From positions 1 through 42,135 of the forward strand of contig JBHLJY010000023.1 of assembly GCA_048887225.1 (NCBI GenBank): a stretch of DNA of 42,135 nucleotides, in the 5' to 3' direction. Below the pieces are notes generated by a model, which had not been told where the DNA came from, ran no database searches, and worked only from the letters and a program-made list of their open reading frames with translations. Positions within the stretch are counted from its first letter, which is position 1, and every line of letters begins with the position of its first letter. The stretch comes from Candidatus Hodarchaeota archaeon (GTDB taxonomy: Archaea > Asgardarchaeota > Lokiarchaeia > Sigyniarchaeales > SOKP01). The translations under genes and the position numbers were made by a program. Shown piece by piece: positions 1 through 10,073 of the stretch.

Positions 1-87
1 TTTTTCAGCAACAATTCTATAACCTTTTGTAGCCCTCTTAAACTATAAATTTGATACTAATTTAGTATCATTTTCAAAAAAAGATCT

Positions 88-315
88 TTAAGATACAGAT
101 GCCTGACTCTTGGTTTTATTGATATAATAATCTATTTTTTTACATCTCGGCATAGTCCACTCATCCCCATATAAATTATATAAAGCTTCCTCTTCTGAAC
201 ATAAAGCTCTATAAGGACACATTCCATCTGAATGGCTATGAACCTTTTCAGGATAATGTGGACAAATCATTTTTCCAAATATATTAGATATATTTATTGC
301 CTCCCATCTTAACAT
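88..315 (-). CDS. Small Cys/His-rich hypothetical protein (75 aa)
   Basis: ATG-started ORF with CPH..H.H...CPY...C...C spacing, possibly metal-binding. No family recognised. Confidence 0.4.
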   Translation of the reverse strand: MLRWEAINISNIFGKMICPHYPEKVHSHSDGMCPYRALCSEEEALYNLYGDEWTMPRCKKIDYYINKTKSQASVS

Positions 316-459
316 ATAATTTCACATATATATTTCTTATTCTAATTCTAATTGTTCGGGATATAGCATCTAACATCAACCATTACCTTCAATAAACCAT
401 AAAACCAGAGGTCTATTGACTTTAAAATAATTAAAAGAGAATATTTTTTCTGGCAACCT

Positions 460-3342
460 TTAAATGAAAGCGTCCATTCTCTTAATTCCTTTAATTTCCT
501 CGAAGGAAATTCCTAACGCATCCAATACTTGTTCTAAGGCAGATTGTAGAAGCTCTCGATATTTTTTAATATCGATATCTTGAAGTTTAGCCAGCTCTAA
601 TGCCTTTGCGCCTATTGGCCCTTTACTTTTTATAAAGGAAATCACTTCCCCTTTTTGGAACTCTTTTTTTGTGGCAGCTTTCAATTCTAAAGCAGCTCTA
701 ACGTGCTGCGGTACCACTTTAGTATAACTGTCAAGTTTCTTTTGCAGGGCAATGTTTATCGCATATTCTTCTAACGCAAACGTGTCAGGCTTTCCGATTT
801 TGTTTAAGCTATTTTTGACTATGTCAATAATTTCATTCTTGGCTTTCGCAAACTCGTCATCCTTCGTTATGTTTTTGAGAATTTCAATCAGCTCGCTGAA
901 AATTTTCTTCACGAATTCGGGGGTGTTCCGTTTTTTAGCGAGCAGACCTTTGATATCGGCGTATCCCGTGTCCTTATATATGCCGATGTAATTCTTCTTT
1001 CTCTGGGAGAGGGCTAAGAACTGATAAGTTTTCTCCTCTTCCAAATCGAGATCGAGCTCTTTTTTGCTCCAATTTGATATTTCATTCATTTGTGTTTTTG
1101 ATGGATTCTGTAAGAAAATGCTGTCTGTATCCCCGTATAAGACATTCACACCAATATTTTCTGCCTTTTTAATTGTGGATTTGATAGAATATTGACCTAT
1201 TCCCGTTGTGCTCTCTGCTACGGGTAAACAAAATAGTGGGAAATTCTGAGACCCAAACACCCCATACGAACTATTTATAAACACCTTCAGCGCCTGCTGA
1301 ATCGTATTATAATAATTTCTTTTTTCCTCAGAGAGCCTTTTATCGCCAGATTTCGGCTTAAAATACTTGACCCTGATATCCCGAAAAAATCCGACCACAT
1401 ACGCAAATATCCCCATTTTATGTGTACAAACGTGGTACGGTATTCCCTTTATTAGATTATCCGAGCAATCTTGGTGAGGACATTGAACGGTTTCATATGA
1501 TAAATTATATTCTTTAATAATCGAAGGATATAGGCTTGCGAAATCCATCACAACGACATCATAATGAATTCCCGGCACAGGGGATACAACATAAGCGCCC
1601 TTGAAACCTTTTCCTTCGATTGTCGCTTTTGAATAGCCCCCTTTTTTTAATTCTGATACTTCTGAACGACGGGGTATCAAAAATCTATTTTGTCTATGTT
1701 CAAAATAAAAGATATTCTGTATCCATGAAGAAATTTGGTGGCGAATCATGTCATGGAGTGGCATTTTCGTCATTCTACACAATAATACAATCAAATTCCA
1801 GGTGGTAGAATTATTGAATTTTGTTAATTCCATCGTTAATAAGGAGTCTTTTAAATTATACCACGCTAACACATCATACCCCATTTCGTGAATTTCTTCC
1901 TCGTGCTTATATTTTCCTTCACCCAATAATGCTGAACTCACATCCTCTAGCGAGCTTGTTTCGTAGACACCTCCAAATGCATAACCAGAAATACTTCGAT
2001 TGAAAAATAAATTAAACATATCAATATGGATTCCCTTTCTTAAATCACATTCTGCCCTAGATAAAAATCCAAAACCTCTTTTAACGATTATCGGATTTAG
2101 GTCTCTATCTATTTTTAATTTATTCGCACGATGGAAAATATAATTTAAATCAAAATTATCTCCATTGAAAGTAATAATAATAGGGTATTCCCATATTAAT
2201 CTAAAAGTTTCAATTAGCAGGTCTTTTTCACTTTTGAAAAATATGATTTTAGCATCAGTTGGAAGATCTTTATGAGGTTTTCGATAAGAGAATCCTTCCC
2301 TTTCTAATACATAAACTAAATTAAGACCGTTAGTATCTACAAAAGAAACGCTTAAAATTTCTTGATTAGCAAGACGCGGATCGGGAACTTTATAATCGCT
2401 TGAACCTAAGTTAACTTCAATATCCATCGCCATACGTTTGATATCAGGTATAGGTGTAAGAAAGATGTCTAAGTATTTTTCTGAAAAATCTTGAATTTCA
2501 GGGTTCTCATCTTTAAATAGATTACGGAGTTCATTAGCAATTATCTCAGATTCTTTTTTATCTTCTCTATATTCTATTTTTTCAATTTTTCCATTTTTAA
2601 TACGATAGATCAGTCCGGGAATTAATCCAGTATCATATATATAATTTAAATGATATCTAATATCTGCTTCCCATGCCTCTCCTAATATATTACGGATATT
2701 TTTTCTCCCAGAACCACCAATATCGAGTGGAGTTTTACCATATATTTTAGTCATTAAAATGTCTTTATCGAGTAATAGGTCAAATTTTTTAACTTTCTCT
2801 AATTCAACGAAGCCTTCATAATTGGTTAATTCTATATTTGATTCTAAATCAGTTAAAGAATCTTTACTGAAACAATATGGTCTATGACGTGTAGTATCAA
2901 TCCAAATTTTAATTTCATCAGTTTTTAAATCGTAGAATTTACAATAAGCTTTATTTTGACCACCATCATAATCAACATCAAGTAATAAACCTTCTTCTAG
3001 ATTCTGTACAATTTCTCCATTCTCAATTAAAAACCTAAGATATTTTTGAGCGTATGATTCTCCTTTAATAGGTTTTAATTTTATTTCACCCTCTTTTAAA
3101 CCAAAGGGAGTATCATTTCCTTTAAAAAATAGTTTTTCAGGGATTTGTTTTAATTGATCTGGTTCAATACTTTTTATTTTTAATTTTTCGGGTTTTACTT
3201 CCACCTTCTTCTTAATATCTTCTTTCTTAGGCTTTTCTTTTACCACTTTTTTTTTCGGTGTTGTCTCATCTACAAAGGAAAATAGGGTTTTCTGCTCTTT
3301 ATCTTCAACCTTTTTCTTCTTAGCCAATATAACACCCATCAA
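460..3342 (-). CDS. polB1: Family B DNA polymerase, PolB1 type (start possibly TTG at 3327)
   Basis: Intact ExoI DIE and ExoII FNGDNFD, motif A DFASLYPS, motif B KVFINSSYG and motif C YGDTDS. N-terminal LLDVDYDG...AYCKFYD is like crenarchaeal Dpo1. Confidence 0.93.
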   Translation of the reverse strand: MMGVILAKKKKVEDKEQKTLFSFVDETTPKKKVVKEKPKKEDIKKKVEVKPEKLKIKSIEPDQLKQIPEKLFFKGNDTPFGLKEGEIKLKPIKGESYAQKYLRFLIENGEIVQNLEEGLLLDVDYDGGQNKAYCKFYDLKTDEIKIWIDTTRHRPYCFSKDSLTDLESNIELTNYEGFVELEKVKKFDLLLDKDILMTKIYGKTPLDIGGSGRKNIRNILGEAWEADIRYHLNYIYDTGLIPGLIYRIKNGKIEKIEYREDKKESEIIANELRNLFKDENPEIQDFSEKYLDIFLTPIPDIKRMAMDIEVNLGSSDYKVPDPRLANQEILSVSFVDTNGLNLVYVLEREGFSYRKPHKDLPTDAKIIFFKSEKDLLIETFRLIWEYPIIITFNGDNFDLNYIFHRANKLKIDRDLNPIIVKRGFGFLSRAECDLRKGIHIDMFNLFFNRSISGYAFGGVYETSSLEDVSSALLGEGKYKHEEEIHEMGYDVLAWYNLKDSLLTMELTKFNNSTTWNLIVLLCRMTKMPLHDMIRHQISSWIQNIFYFEHRQNRFLIPRRSEVSELKKGGYSKATIEGKGFKGAYVVSPVPGIHYDVVVMDFASLYPSIIKEYNLSYETVQCPHQDCSDNLIKGIPYHVCTHKMGIFAYVVGFFRDIRVKYFKPKSGDKRLSEEKRNYYNTIQQALKVFINSSYGVFGSQNFPLFCLPVAESTTGIGQYSIKSTIKKAENIGVNVLYGDTDSIFLQNPSKTQMNEISNWSKKELDLDLEEEKTYQFLALSQRKKNYIGIYKDTGYADIKGLLAKKRNTPEFVKKIFSELIEILKNITKDDEFAKAKNEIIDIVKNSLNKIGKPDTFALEEYAINIALQKKLDSYTKVVPQHVRAALELKAATKKEFQKGEVISFIKSKGPIGAKALELAKLQDIDIKKYRELLQSALEQVLDALGISFEEIKGIKRMDAFI

Positions 3343-3442
3343 ATATTACAATTTTGTTTCTATATATTATTATTATAATATTTATTATAATTCCAACTAT
3401 TCCTAGTTTAATATTTAAAATACTTATGAGTTTAATTCATTT

Positions 3443-4822
3443 TTATTTTGTTCCCGTTGTCATTTTGATATCTTCGATAAGCATAAACGGAGCAAAAACA
3501 GGATTCCCCGTTGTGCTGAGCCAAGTTGAGACTTGTTTTAATTCATTTCCCAACGCAGTGGTATGTTCAAGCATGTGATAATGGTTAGAATTAATTCGTA
3601 ATTCTCTTACAGGTTCAAGTACTTTTCCATTGTTTTTTACTAAAAACATGCCATCTTTTGGAAGAGAAGATAATACTCCCGGTGGGGCAAAGCTCTGATA
3701 GCGAGTGTACCATGTTGATGTAATCAATAACGTGGGTTTTTCAGAAATTTCCATTAATTCCTCTAATGTATGATCTCCAGCAGCAAATACTGTATTTGAA
3801 GGTCTTGGCATTGTAATTCCAGCATTACCAGTTGATTCTTGATTTTTTCTTGCGAGGGAAGTATTCCTGAAAAATTGATGTAGAATTCCCTTATTTATTA
3901 ATAGTGTTTTTCTGGTGGGAGCACATTCGTCATCAAAAGGAGAACTAGCTAAACCATAATCGATAGTTCCATCGTCCCAAGCCGAGATAATATCGCTTGC
4001 AATCTTGTCACCAATTTTCTTACCTACTAACCAAGATAAGCCCATTTTTTTTACATATATATTCATAGCTAATGATGGAGTTGGAGCTTGCAATTCAGTA
4101 GAAACTTTTGGATATATGATAATATTATAGATCCCAGGTTCCCCTTTCTTACCACCAACAGCCATTTTACAAATTTTACCTGCCTCTTCTCCAGCTCTAA
4201 TCGCATCGAATCCTTTTTCTAAGTGAGTTGAACATGATAGAGCTTCTCCTGTTGCGTACATATCTTCAGCAAACGCTCTAATTCGAAAATTAAGGTTTGA
4301 ACGTTTAAAATTTTCTTCGATACCTGTACTTGTTTCTAAAAAACAATGCATATTTCCAAAAAAGAATGAACCAGCTACTCTCTTCGCTCCTTGAGTTAAA
4401 GACGCCTCTGTTGCTCTTTCAACTAATTCAATTGCTTTTTCACCTAAATTAACGACTTTATCGTCAAATATCCTTTTTTGAATGCTAGAATCATATTTGA
4501 ACGTTCCCTCCGGCAATCTTTTATAATATCTGTTTTTTTCAGCAACATCTAATAATTGTTCGCAATAATTCAAGGTATTTTCAATTATATTAGGGCGTAA
4601 ATCGTTAATTGTTATTTCAGTTGTTCTTCGATTTTTAGATAAAAATAAATTTAACTTGATATCATCCCAATTTTTATTAATATCTATTTTACTTTCAGAA
4701 AACCTGATTTGATTCTCAGAATTTATAACTCCTTTAATTACCCAATCAGTACAAAACTCTTTTATGAATTTTTTAGCTCGCTCCATCATATCCGTTAGAA
4801 TTTCAAACTTTATCTGACTCAT
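3443..4822 (-). CDS. pmbA: TldE/PmbA family protein (non-catalytic partner)
   Basis: PFDDEC.PT....LI..G motif and STGNAG, with no HExxxH. Lies directly downstream of tldD with a GGTGA RBS. Confidence 0.85.
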   Translation of the reverse strand: MSQIKFEILTDMMERAKKFIKEFCTDWVIKGVINSENQIRFSESKIDINKNWDDIKLNLFLSKNRRTTEITINDLRPNIIENTLNYCEQLLDVAEKNRYYKRLPEGTFKYDSSIQKRIFDDKVVNLGEKAIELVERATEASLTQGAKRVAGSFFFGNMHCFLETSTGIEENFKRSNLNFRIRAFAEDMYATGEALSCSTHLEKGFDAIRAGEEAGKICKMAVGGKKGEPGIYNIIIYPKVSTELQAPTPSLAMNIYVKKMGLSWLVGKKIGDKIASDIISAWDDGTIDYGLASSPFDDECAPTRKTLLINKGILHQFFRNTSLARKNQESTGNAGITMPRPSNTVFAAGDHTLEELMEISEKPTLLITSTWYTRYQSFAPPGVLSSLPKDGMFLVKNNGKVLEPVRELRINSNHYHMLEHTTALGNELKQVSTWLSTTGNPVFAPFMLIEDIKMTTGTK

Positions 4823-4831
4823 ACCATCACC

Positions 4832-6301
4832 TTATGCTAACCTTATATTCCTTAATCTAATATTCGGAGAGCCTATCCATACAGGACAACCCTGTCCTGG
4901 CTCTGATTTTCCACAGAAAGCTCCTTGCCATTCTAACGATTCTTTCTTTCCTTGCGCGTCTATGCTTCCAAATAAACCCGGAGATGAGATTTCCAGTCCT
5001 GGTTTCAATAATAAAATATCGCTAATTTCTCCATTCTCAATCAAGTAAGCTTCTTGTCCTACGTATTTTGCTTGTAATCTTTTATCATCGATATTCCACT
5101 CAGTAAATGATTTCATATATATCCCTAATTTAACATCTTCCACCATTTCTTCAATAGAATAATCACCTGGTGCGAAAAATGTATTTGCCATCCTTATTAT
5201 AGGTTCTCGATCGTATGCAACAGCTCGAGCAGCAGCATTGCTTTGAGAATTAAAGACGGATGCGGTCTCACGATTAAGCAACATCTCGTTAAAAATACCA
5301 TTTTTGATTAACTCTCGTCTCCTAGCTTTTACTCCTTCGTCATCGTATAAATAAAAACCAAAAGATCCCGGGATAGTAGGATCTTCATGGATCTTTACGC
5401 AGTCATTTCCTATTTTATATCCTATTTCGTGTTCCTTTAGATATGATTCCCCTGCTTGAGCACCCTCCCTTCCTAAAATTCGATCAGATTCGTGTGGATG
5501 ACCACAATTCTCGTGTGCAATTAATCCTGCTACTTCAGCTCCAAGAATTATGTCAATTTCTCCTTCAGGTGGCTTTTTTGCTTCGGATATAATTTTCCCT
5601 AATACATCAATTCGCTCTCTGACTTTTTCAATTAAATTCCAAGAGATTAATTCGTTCCACCCTGCAGTTGTAGCAAAAGTATTCATTGATTGTTCGTTTT
5701 TGCCACCTGATTGTATGCCTATAATAACGGGTATAAAAGCAACTCGGGGAACATGCCCAAAAATTTTAGTCGAATCGCTATTAATGAAATATGTATCTCT
5801 TTGCTCTGTAATTAGAACAAAAATATGAATAAAATCAACGGGATATTTTTTTTCTGAAAAGATTTTAATGAAATTTTGTATAAACTCAATTCTTTCTTCT
5901 AAAGGAACATCTAAAGGATTAATCTTATATTTACTTTGCCATTTGGTTTCATAGGTTTTTTCTTCGCTCATTTTAATTGGAATTTTTCGTTGTTTACTAC
6001 TTCTTTTAGCGGTTTTATAAGCATGTTCTACAGCATTTTGAATGGTTTCTTTACTTAGATTATTAGTTGTAGCCATACCCATTCCTCCATTTACCAGGAG
6101 CCGAATATTGATCCCTATTTTTCTACTAAATGCATCTGTGGTTAGCTCAATTGGTAGATTCCCAAGGTGCATTTTACCATTAAAAAAGGTGACAATGTCG
6201 CTCTTGTTAGACTCTAATCGTATTTCTGCATATTCACAATATCTTCCAAAGGATTGAGCGTAATCTAGCGCATATTCCGCTAAATCTTTAAATTCTTCCA
6301 T
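4832..6301 (-). CDS. tldD: TldD family metalloprotease
   Basis: HENCGHPHESD zinc motif, YDDEGV, PIIRMANT and C-terminal CGK. Confidence 0.9.
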   Translation of the reverse strand: MEEFKDLAEYALDYAQSFGRYCEYAEIRLESNKSDIVTFFNGKMHLGNLPIELTTDAFSRKIGINIRLLVNGGMGMATTNNLSKETIQNAVEHAYKTAKRSSKQRKIPIKMSEEKTYETKWQSKYKINPLDVPLEERIEFIQNFIKIFSEKKYPVDFIHIFVLITEQRDTYFINSDSTKIFGHVPRVAFIPVIIGIQSGGKNEQSMNTFATTAGWNELISWNLIEKVRERIDVLGKIISEAKKPPEGEIDIILGAEVAGLIAHENCGHPHESDRILGREGAQAGESYLKEHEIGYKIGNDCVKIHEDPTIPGSFGFYLYDDEGVKARRRELIKNGIFNEMLLNRETASVFNSQSNAAARAVAYDREPIIRMANTFFAPGDYSIEEMVEDVKLGIYMKSFTEWNIDDKRLQAKYVGQEAYLIENGEISDILLLKPGLEISSPGLFGSIDAQGKKESLEWQGAFCGKSEPGQGCPVWIGSPNIRLRNIRLA

Positions 6302-6443
6302 GATTAATCTAAATAAAAATTGTATTTATTAATAATTTACAAAAAAACAAAAAAGAATTAAAGCTTATTATGGGTTATTTTTTCTAACATTGAAAACAAA
6401 ATTAACGGACTTTTTAAAAAAAAGAGTATTTCAAAATTTGCCA

Positions 6444-6782
6444 TTATAATTGAGTAATTACTTTCTTAATTTCTTCTAACAGTAATGTTTTTTCAGCAAT
6501 AAACCAATGCAACTTGCTCTTTTCAGGATGCTCGCCAGAAATTTTTTCTGCTAATTCCTTTACTTCCTCCTCAGTAGGCTCAATAACTTTTCCATCAACA
6601 TTTTCTCTTATTAATAAAACTAAGTTATCTGTTTCGAGCGGTTTAATGTCATATCCATTTTTTATATTTTTATTTATTGTAACGCATAATTCAGCTAAAT
6701 ACCATACCGAATCATCATACGATTCTTTCGATTTATATCTTCGATATGCTAATTTGGTTACTTCTTCTTTTGTAAATGGCAT
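6444..6782 (-). CDS. Hypothetical protein with an internally duplicated helical motif (DUF2934-like)
   Basis: Two copies of EEV..LA...(x~13)W..AE.. Confidence 0.7.
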   Translation of the reverse strand: MPFTKEEVTKLAYRRYKSKESYDDSVWYLAELCVTINKNIKNGYDIKPLETDNLVLLIRENVDGKVIEPTEEEVKELAEKISGEHPEKSKLHWFIAEKTLLLEEIKKVITQL

Positions 6783-6948
6783 TTAAACACAACAAAACAT
6801 AAATAAAAATTTAATTGAATGTATGTTTAACAAAAAAGATAATCTAGTTTTTAATTATTTGTATTATTTATAAAAGCTAAATAAACCACAAAATTAATTA
6901 TTTATTCAATTTTACTTTTATATTATAATCTTATCAATATTTAAAAAT

Positions 6949-7049
6949 GCCTCTGTAGCTTAGCGGTATAGCAGCAGCTTTCTTTTAAAATCTAAAGATT
7001 TCTGAAACTTGTAATCTGCAGGTCGGGGGTTCAAATCCCTCCAGAGGCT
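6949..7049 (+). tRNA. tRNA-Thr(UGU) with a 29-nt intron (6978-7006) at position 30/31; CCA not encoded
   Basis: Acceptor stem GCCTCTG/CAGAGGC, D arm GCTTAGCGGTATAGC, T arm GGGGG-TTCAAAT-CCCTC. Removing 6978-7006 gives a perfect anticodon arm GCAGA-CTTGTAA-TCTGC. Confidence 0.92.
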
Positions 7050-7117
7050 TATTTTATATAACTTTCGTTATAATCACAAAAATAGTATTTATTAAGTAAA
7101 AGCGCAAAATATAATTC

Positions 7118-8461
7118 ATGGAGACTGAAAGTTCATACAAAAATCATTACAAATTTATTTTCGCCTTCTTTTATTTGATAGAAGGATTTGTTCAGGGAAT
7201 TCCCTTCTTAGTTTTTCCACCATATTTAGCAAAACTCTTAGGTAATCAATATGACATCGCAAAATGGTTAATTATTGTCGCAGTAAGTTATATCCCTTGG
7301 TCAATTAAGATTATTGTTGGTTTTTGTAATGATAAATGGGGTTCAAAAAAATATGGTAGAAGATTTCCTTGGATTGCAAGTTTTGGTATATATTGCGGAA
7401 TTTGGTGGATTATAATGTCAATTTACTTGCCCGTGGATGAATCTATCTATCTGATCCTCGGAATTTATTATTTCATGATAGGTGTGGGGATGGCATTTGC
7501 AGACACAGCATTAGATGGATTAATTTTAGATACAGTTCCAAAAGAAAAACTAGCAAAAATTCAAGGTTATACATGGACGTGTTTATTAATAGGAATGGGG
7601 GCGGGTGGCATGTTATTAGGTTTAATATTTCTTGCTTTAGATATAATACCTATTTTATTTGCTTTAACCGGTGTCCTGGTGATAATAGCTTGTCTCATAA
7701 CTCGTGTTATTAAAGAAGCACCATTAAAAGAAATCAAATTTAAAGATATAGGGCGCGATCTCAAATCCCTTATTGCTACAAAGAAAAACTGGAAAGTTTA
7801 TGGTAATTCATTTATTGGAGCTATGGCAGGCGTGATGATTCTTACTTTTTTTGGATATCTTATATTGATTAACATCGGTATAATTGAGGTAAATCAAACG
7901 ATTTTATCAATTAGAGAGGGAAATCCAGTTGAATTATTAGGTTGGACTTCTGTATTTTATTTCGTTAATGGAGTTGGAACTGTAATTGGTTCAATTACTG
8001 CTGGAAAACTTGCTGACAAAGGCCGAAAGAGAACACTTACAACAGTATATTGTATATATATGCCTTTTTGTATTATGACTGTATTGCCGTTTCTGATAAT
8101 TGGAGAATTTTTACTAGCATTGATTTATGGATTAGCTGCAATATTAATATTTGGGGCAATTCAGGGAGCGCTAGTAATAACAACCCAAACTATAAACGGA
8201 GATATTGCAAAAAAAGAATATCCCGATTTAAAAAGTAGTTTTTACGCATTATTAATATCATGTTGGAATGGTGGACAAGCTCTCGGTTCATTCTTGGGGG
8301 CATTGATTTTTATATATTTAACTTATTATCTAACAGATTTCAATATGTTATACTTTTTAATTTCTGTATTTGGAGCAACTACATTATTTATGAGCTATCT
8401 ATGTTTTAGAGCAATTGATCCAAAAGAATATGAATTTGCGCATCATTTAGATGAAGTTTAA
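7118..8461 (+). CDS. MFS transporter (AmpG/BT1-like)
   Basis: About 12 hydrophobic segments. Motifs PWSIK...G...D....YGRR.PW, D.ALDG and G.LADK.GRKR. Confidence 0.88.
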   Translation: METESSYKNHYKFIFAFFYLIEGFVQGIPFLVFPPYLAKLLGNQYDIAKWLIIVAVSYIPWSIKIIVGFCNDKWGSKKYGRRFPWIASFGIYCGIWWIIMSIYLPVDESIYLILGIYYFMIGVGMAFADTALDGLILDTVPKEKLAKIQGYTWTCLLIGMGAGGMLLGLIFLALDIIPILFALTGVLVIIACLITRVIKEAPLKEIKFKDIGRDLKSLIATKKNWKVYGNSFIGAMAGVMILTFFGYLILINIGIIEVNQTILSIREGNPVELLGWTSVFYFVNGVGTVIGSITAGKLADKGRKRTLTTVYCIYMPFCIMTVLPFLIIGEFLLALIYGLAAILIFGAIQGALVITTQTINGDIAKKEYPDLKSSFYALLISCWNGGQALGSFLGALIFIYLTYYLTDFNMLYFLISVFGATTLFMSYLCFRAIDPKEYEFAHHLDEV

Positions 8462-8478
8462 TAATTTGGTGAAATCTT

Positions 8479-10053
8479 ATTAATAAGATAAACAGAGTTA
8501 TTTTTTGCATAGTAGATAATGTTAGAGCAGAACATTTTTTTGATTTCATAAATAGAGGTCTACTCCCTAATTTTAAAAAATTAATGGGAAATGGAATTTT
8601 TTCTAAAAACTGCATTACAGATTTCCCAACGATTACATTTCCGACACAACAATCTTTGATTACGGGGACTTACACAGGAAATTATCGAAGAGAATTATGT
8701 CACGGAGTACCCCTTTCTGATTGGATGGGACGTGATACAGCACCCCCGTTTTTAAGGTGTTATGTTGCTAAAGATTTCCAAATTTACAAAATGAACAAAG
8801 ATTTGGGTTCTAATTGTCAGACTATACTTGAAATGATTGAAGAAGGAAATACTACAAGTATAGCTCAGTTTATAAATAGAGGTGCTGATTATTTTTTTCC
8901 AGAGAATAAAATCAAATTAGCATTTTATTACTTACTATTTACACGCAAACGAATTTTATTAAAATTAGCTGCTAGAGCTAATACTGCTATTGTTCAAAAA
9001 TTATTGGAGAACTTTAAAAAACCAAAAAAATATTTTGGAAATAATGAGCCTCCTATTGGATCACTTCTCTTATTCTTTACGTCAGATATTCTATGTCATA
9101 CGTATGGGTACGATAATAATAATTATAAGTTGAATCTGATCCATATAGATAAGCATATAGGAATCTTAATTCACGAATTAGAAAAGATGGGATATCTAGA
9201 TGATACTGCTATCGCAATAACATCAGACCACGGAAATTATCGAGTAGACCAATTTGGAAGCCTAATAACCTTTTTTGAGCGTAATGGATTAACTCATTAC
9301 CATCCTCGTAGAAATTTAAAAGGTAATTTAAATTTATCCGAATTTGCTGGAGTTGGATTTTTCAATTTTAAAGGTGTTAATAGAACCTCAAATAAATATA
9401 GATGGACACATCCTACTATAAATGAATTAAAAAATTATGGTCCAAAACGAATTAATTTATTAAAATCCCTGTTCGAAATAGAAGGAAGCAGTTTAATGTA
9501 TTATAGGGACTCCAATAACTCTATCGATAAGGGTATTATTCATTTGAAGCGTAAAGACAGAAACACGGGAAAAATATTTTTAGGAGCGATTGAATATAAG
9601 GGGCGCGGTCCTAATTATAAAACAAGATATATATGTTATGACGATATTAACGATATCTTTGGATATGCTAACGACGAAACAGCAAGTAAATTTATTAATA
9701 ATGGTTTTCACTCCATTGATGAATGGCTAAAAGGAACTCATCACCTCGATTATCCTATGTATCCGGACTTGATACCACGCCATTTTAAAAATCCTAGAAG
9801 TTCTGATATTATTGTTAGTACTAGGGGTGAAGTTATATATAGTTACCAACACGGAAAGAAAAAAACTGATTATATGTATTCTCATGATATTGGCCTTAGA
9901 AAATGTTCCATTGTGCCGTTAATTATTGGAGGATCCGAAGAAATCCCTCATAAAGAAATAGCTTATTGTAAAATAACTGATATAGTGCCAACATTATTGA
10001 AAATGATAGGAAAAAAACCACATAAAAGTGTTATTGGAGAAAACTTGATTTAA
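8479..10053 (+). CDS. Alkaline phosphatase superfamily, nucleotide pyrophosphatase/phosphodiesterase type; true start is upstream of the ATG at 8584 (possibly ATT 8479)
   Basis: FPTITFP (Thr nucleophile), D...H..G, TSDHG and a C-terminal H. The first metal-ligand strand RVIFCIVDNVR is in frame upstream of the first ATG. Confidence 0.8.
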   Translation: MNKINRVIFCIVDNVRAEHFFDFINRGLLPNFKKLMGNGIFSKNCITDFPTITFPTQQSLITGTYTGNYRRELCHGVPLSDWMGRDTAPPFLRCYVAKDFQIYKMNKDLGSNCQTILEMIEEGNTTSIAQFINRGADYFFPENKIKLAFYYLLFTRKRILLKLAARANTAIVQKLLENFKKPKKYFGNNEPPIGSLLLFFTSDILCHTYGYDNNNYKLNLIHIDKHIGILIHELEKMGYLDDTAIAITSDHGNYRVDQFGSLITFFERNGLTHYHPRRNLKGNLNLSEFAGVGFFNFKGVNRTSNKYRWTHPTINELKNYGPKRINLLKSLFEIEGSSLMYYRDSNNSIDKGIIHLKRKDRNTGKIFLGAIEYKGRGPNYKTRYICYDDINDIFGYANDETASKFINNGFHSIDEWLKGTHHLDYPMYPDLIPRHFKNPRSSDIIVSTRGEVIYSYQHGKKKTDYMYSHDIGLRKCSIVPLIIGGSEEIPHKEIAYCKITDIVPTLLKMIGKKPHKSVIGENLI

Positions 10054-10073
10054 AATGGTCATAGAGACCTAAT

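Noticed and set aside
752-6257. Short + strand ORFs (752, 1620, 1821, 3354, 5550, 6042)
   Set aside because: Antisense shadows of polB1, pmbA and tldD with no motifs.
8461-8475. In-frame TGA upstream of the phosphodiesterase as selenocysteine read-through
   Set aside because: The frame further upstream has several more stops and no start, the position is not a Cys site, and I saw no SECIS.
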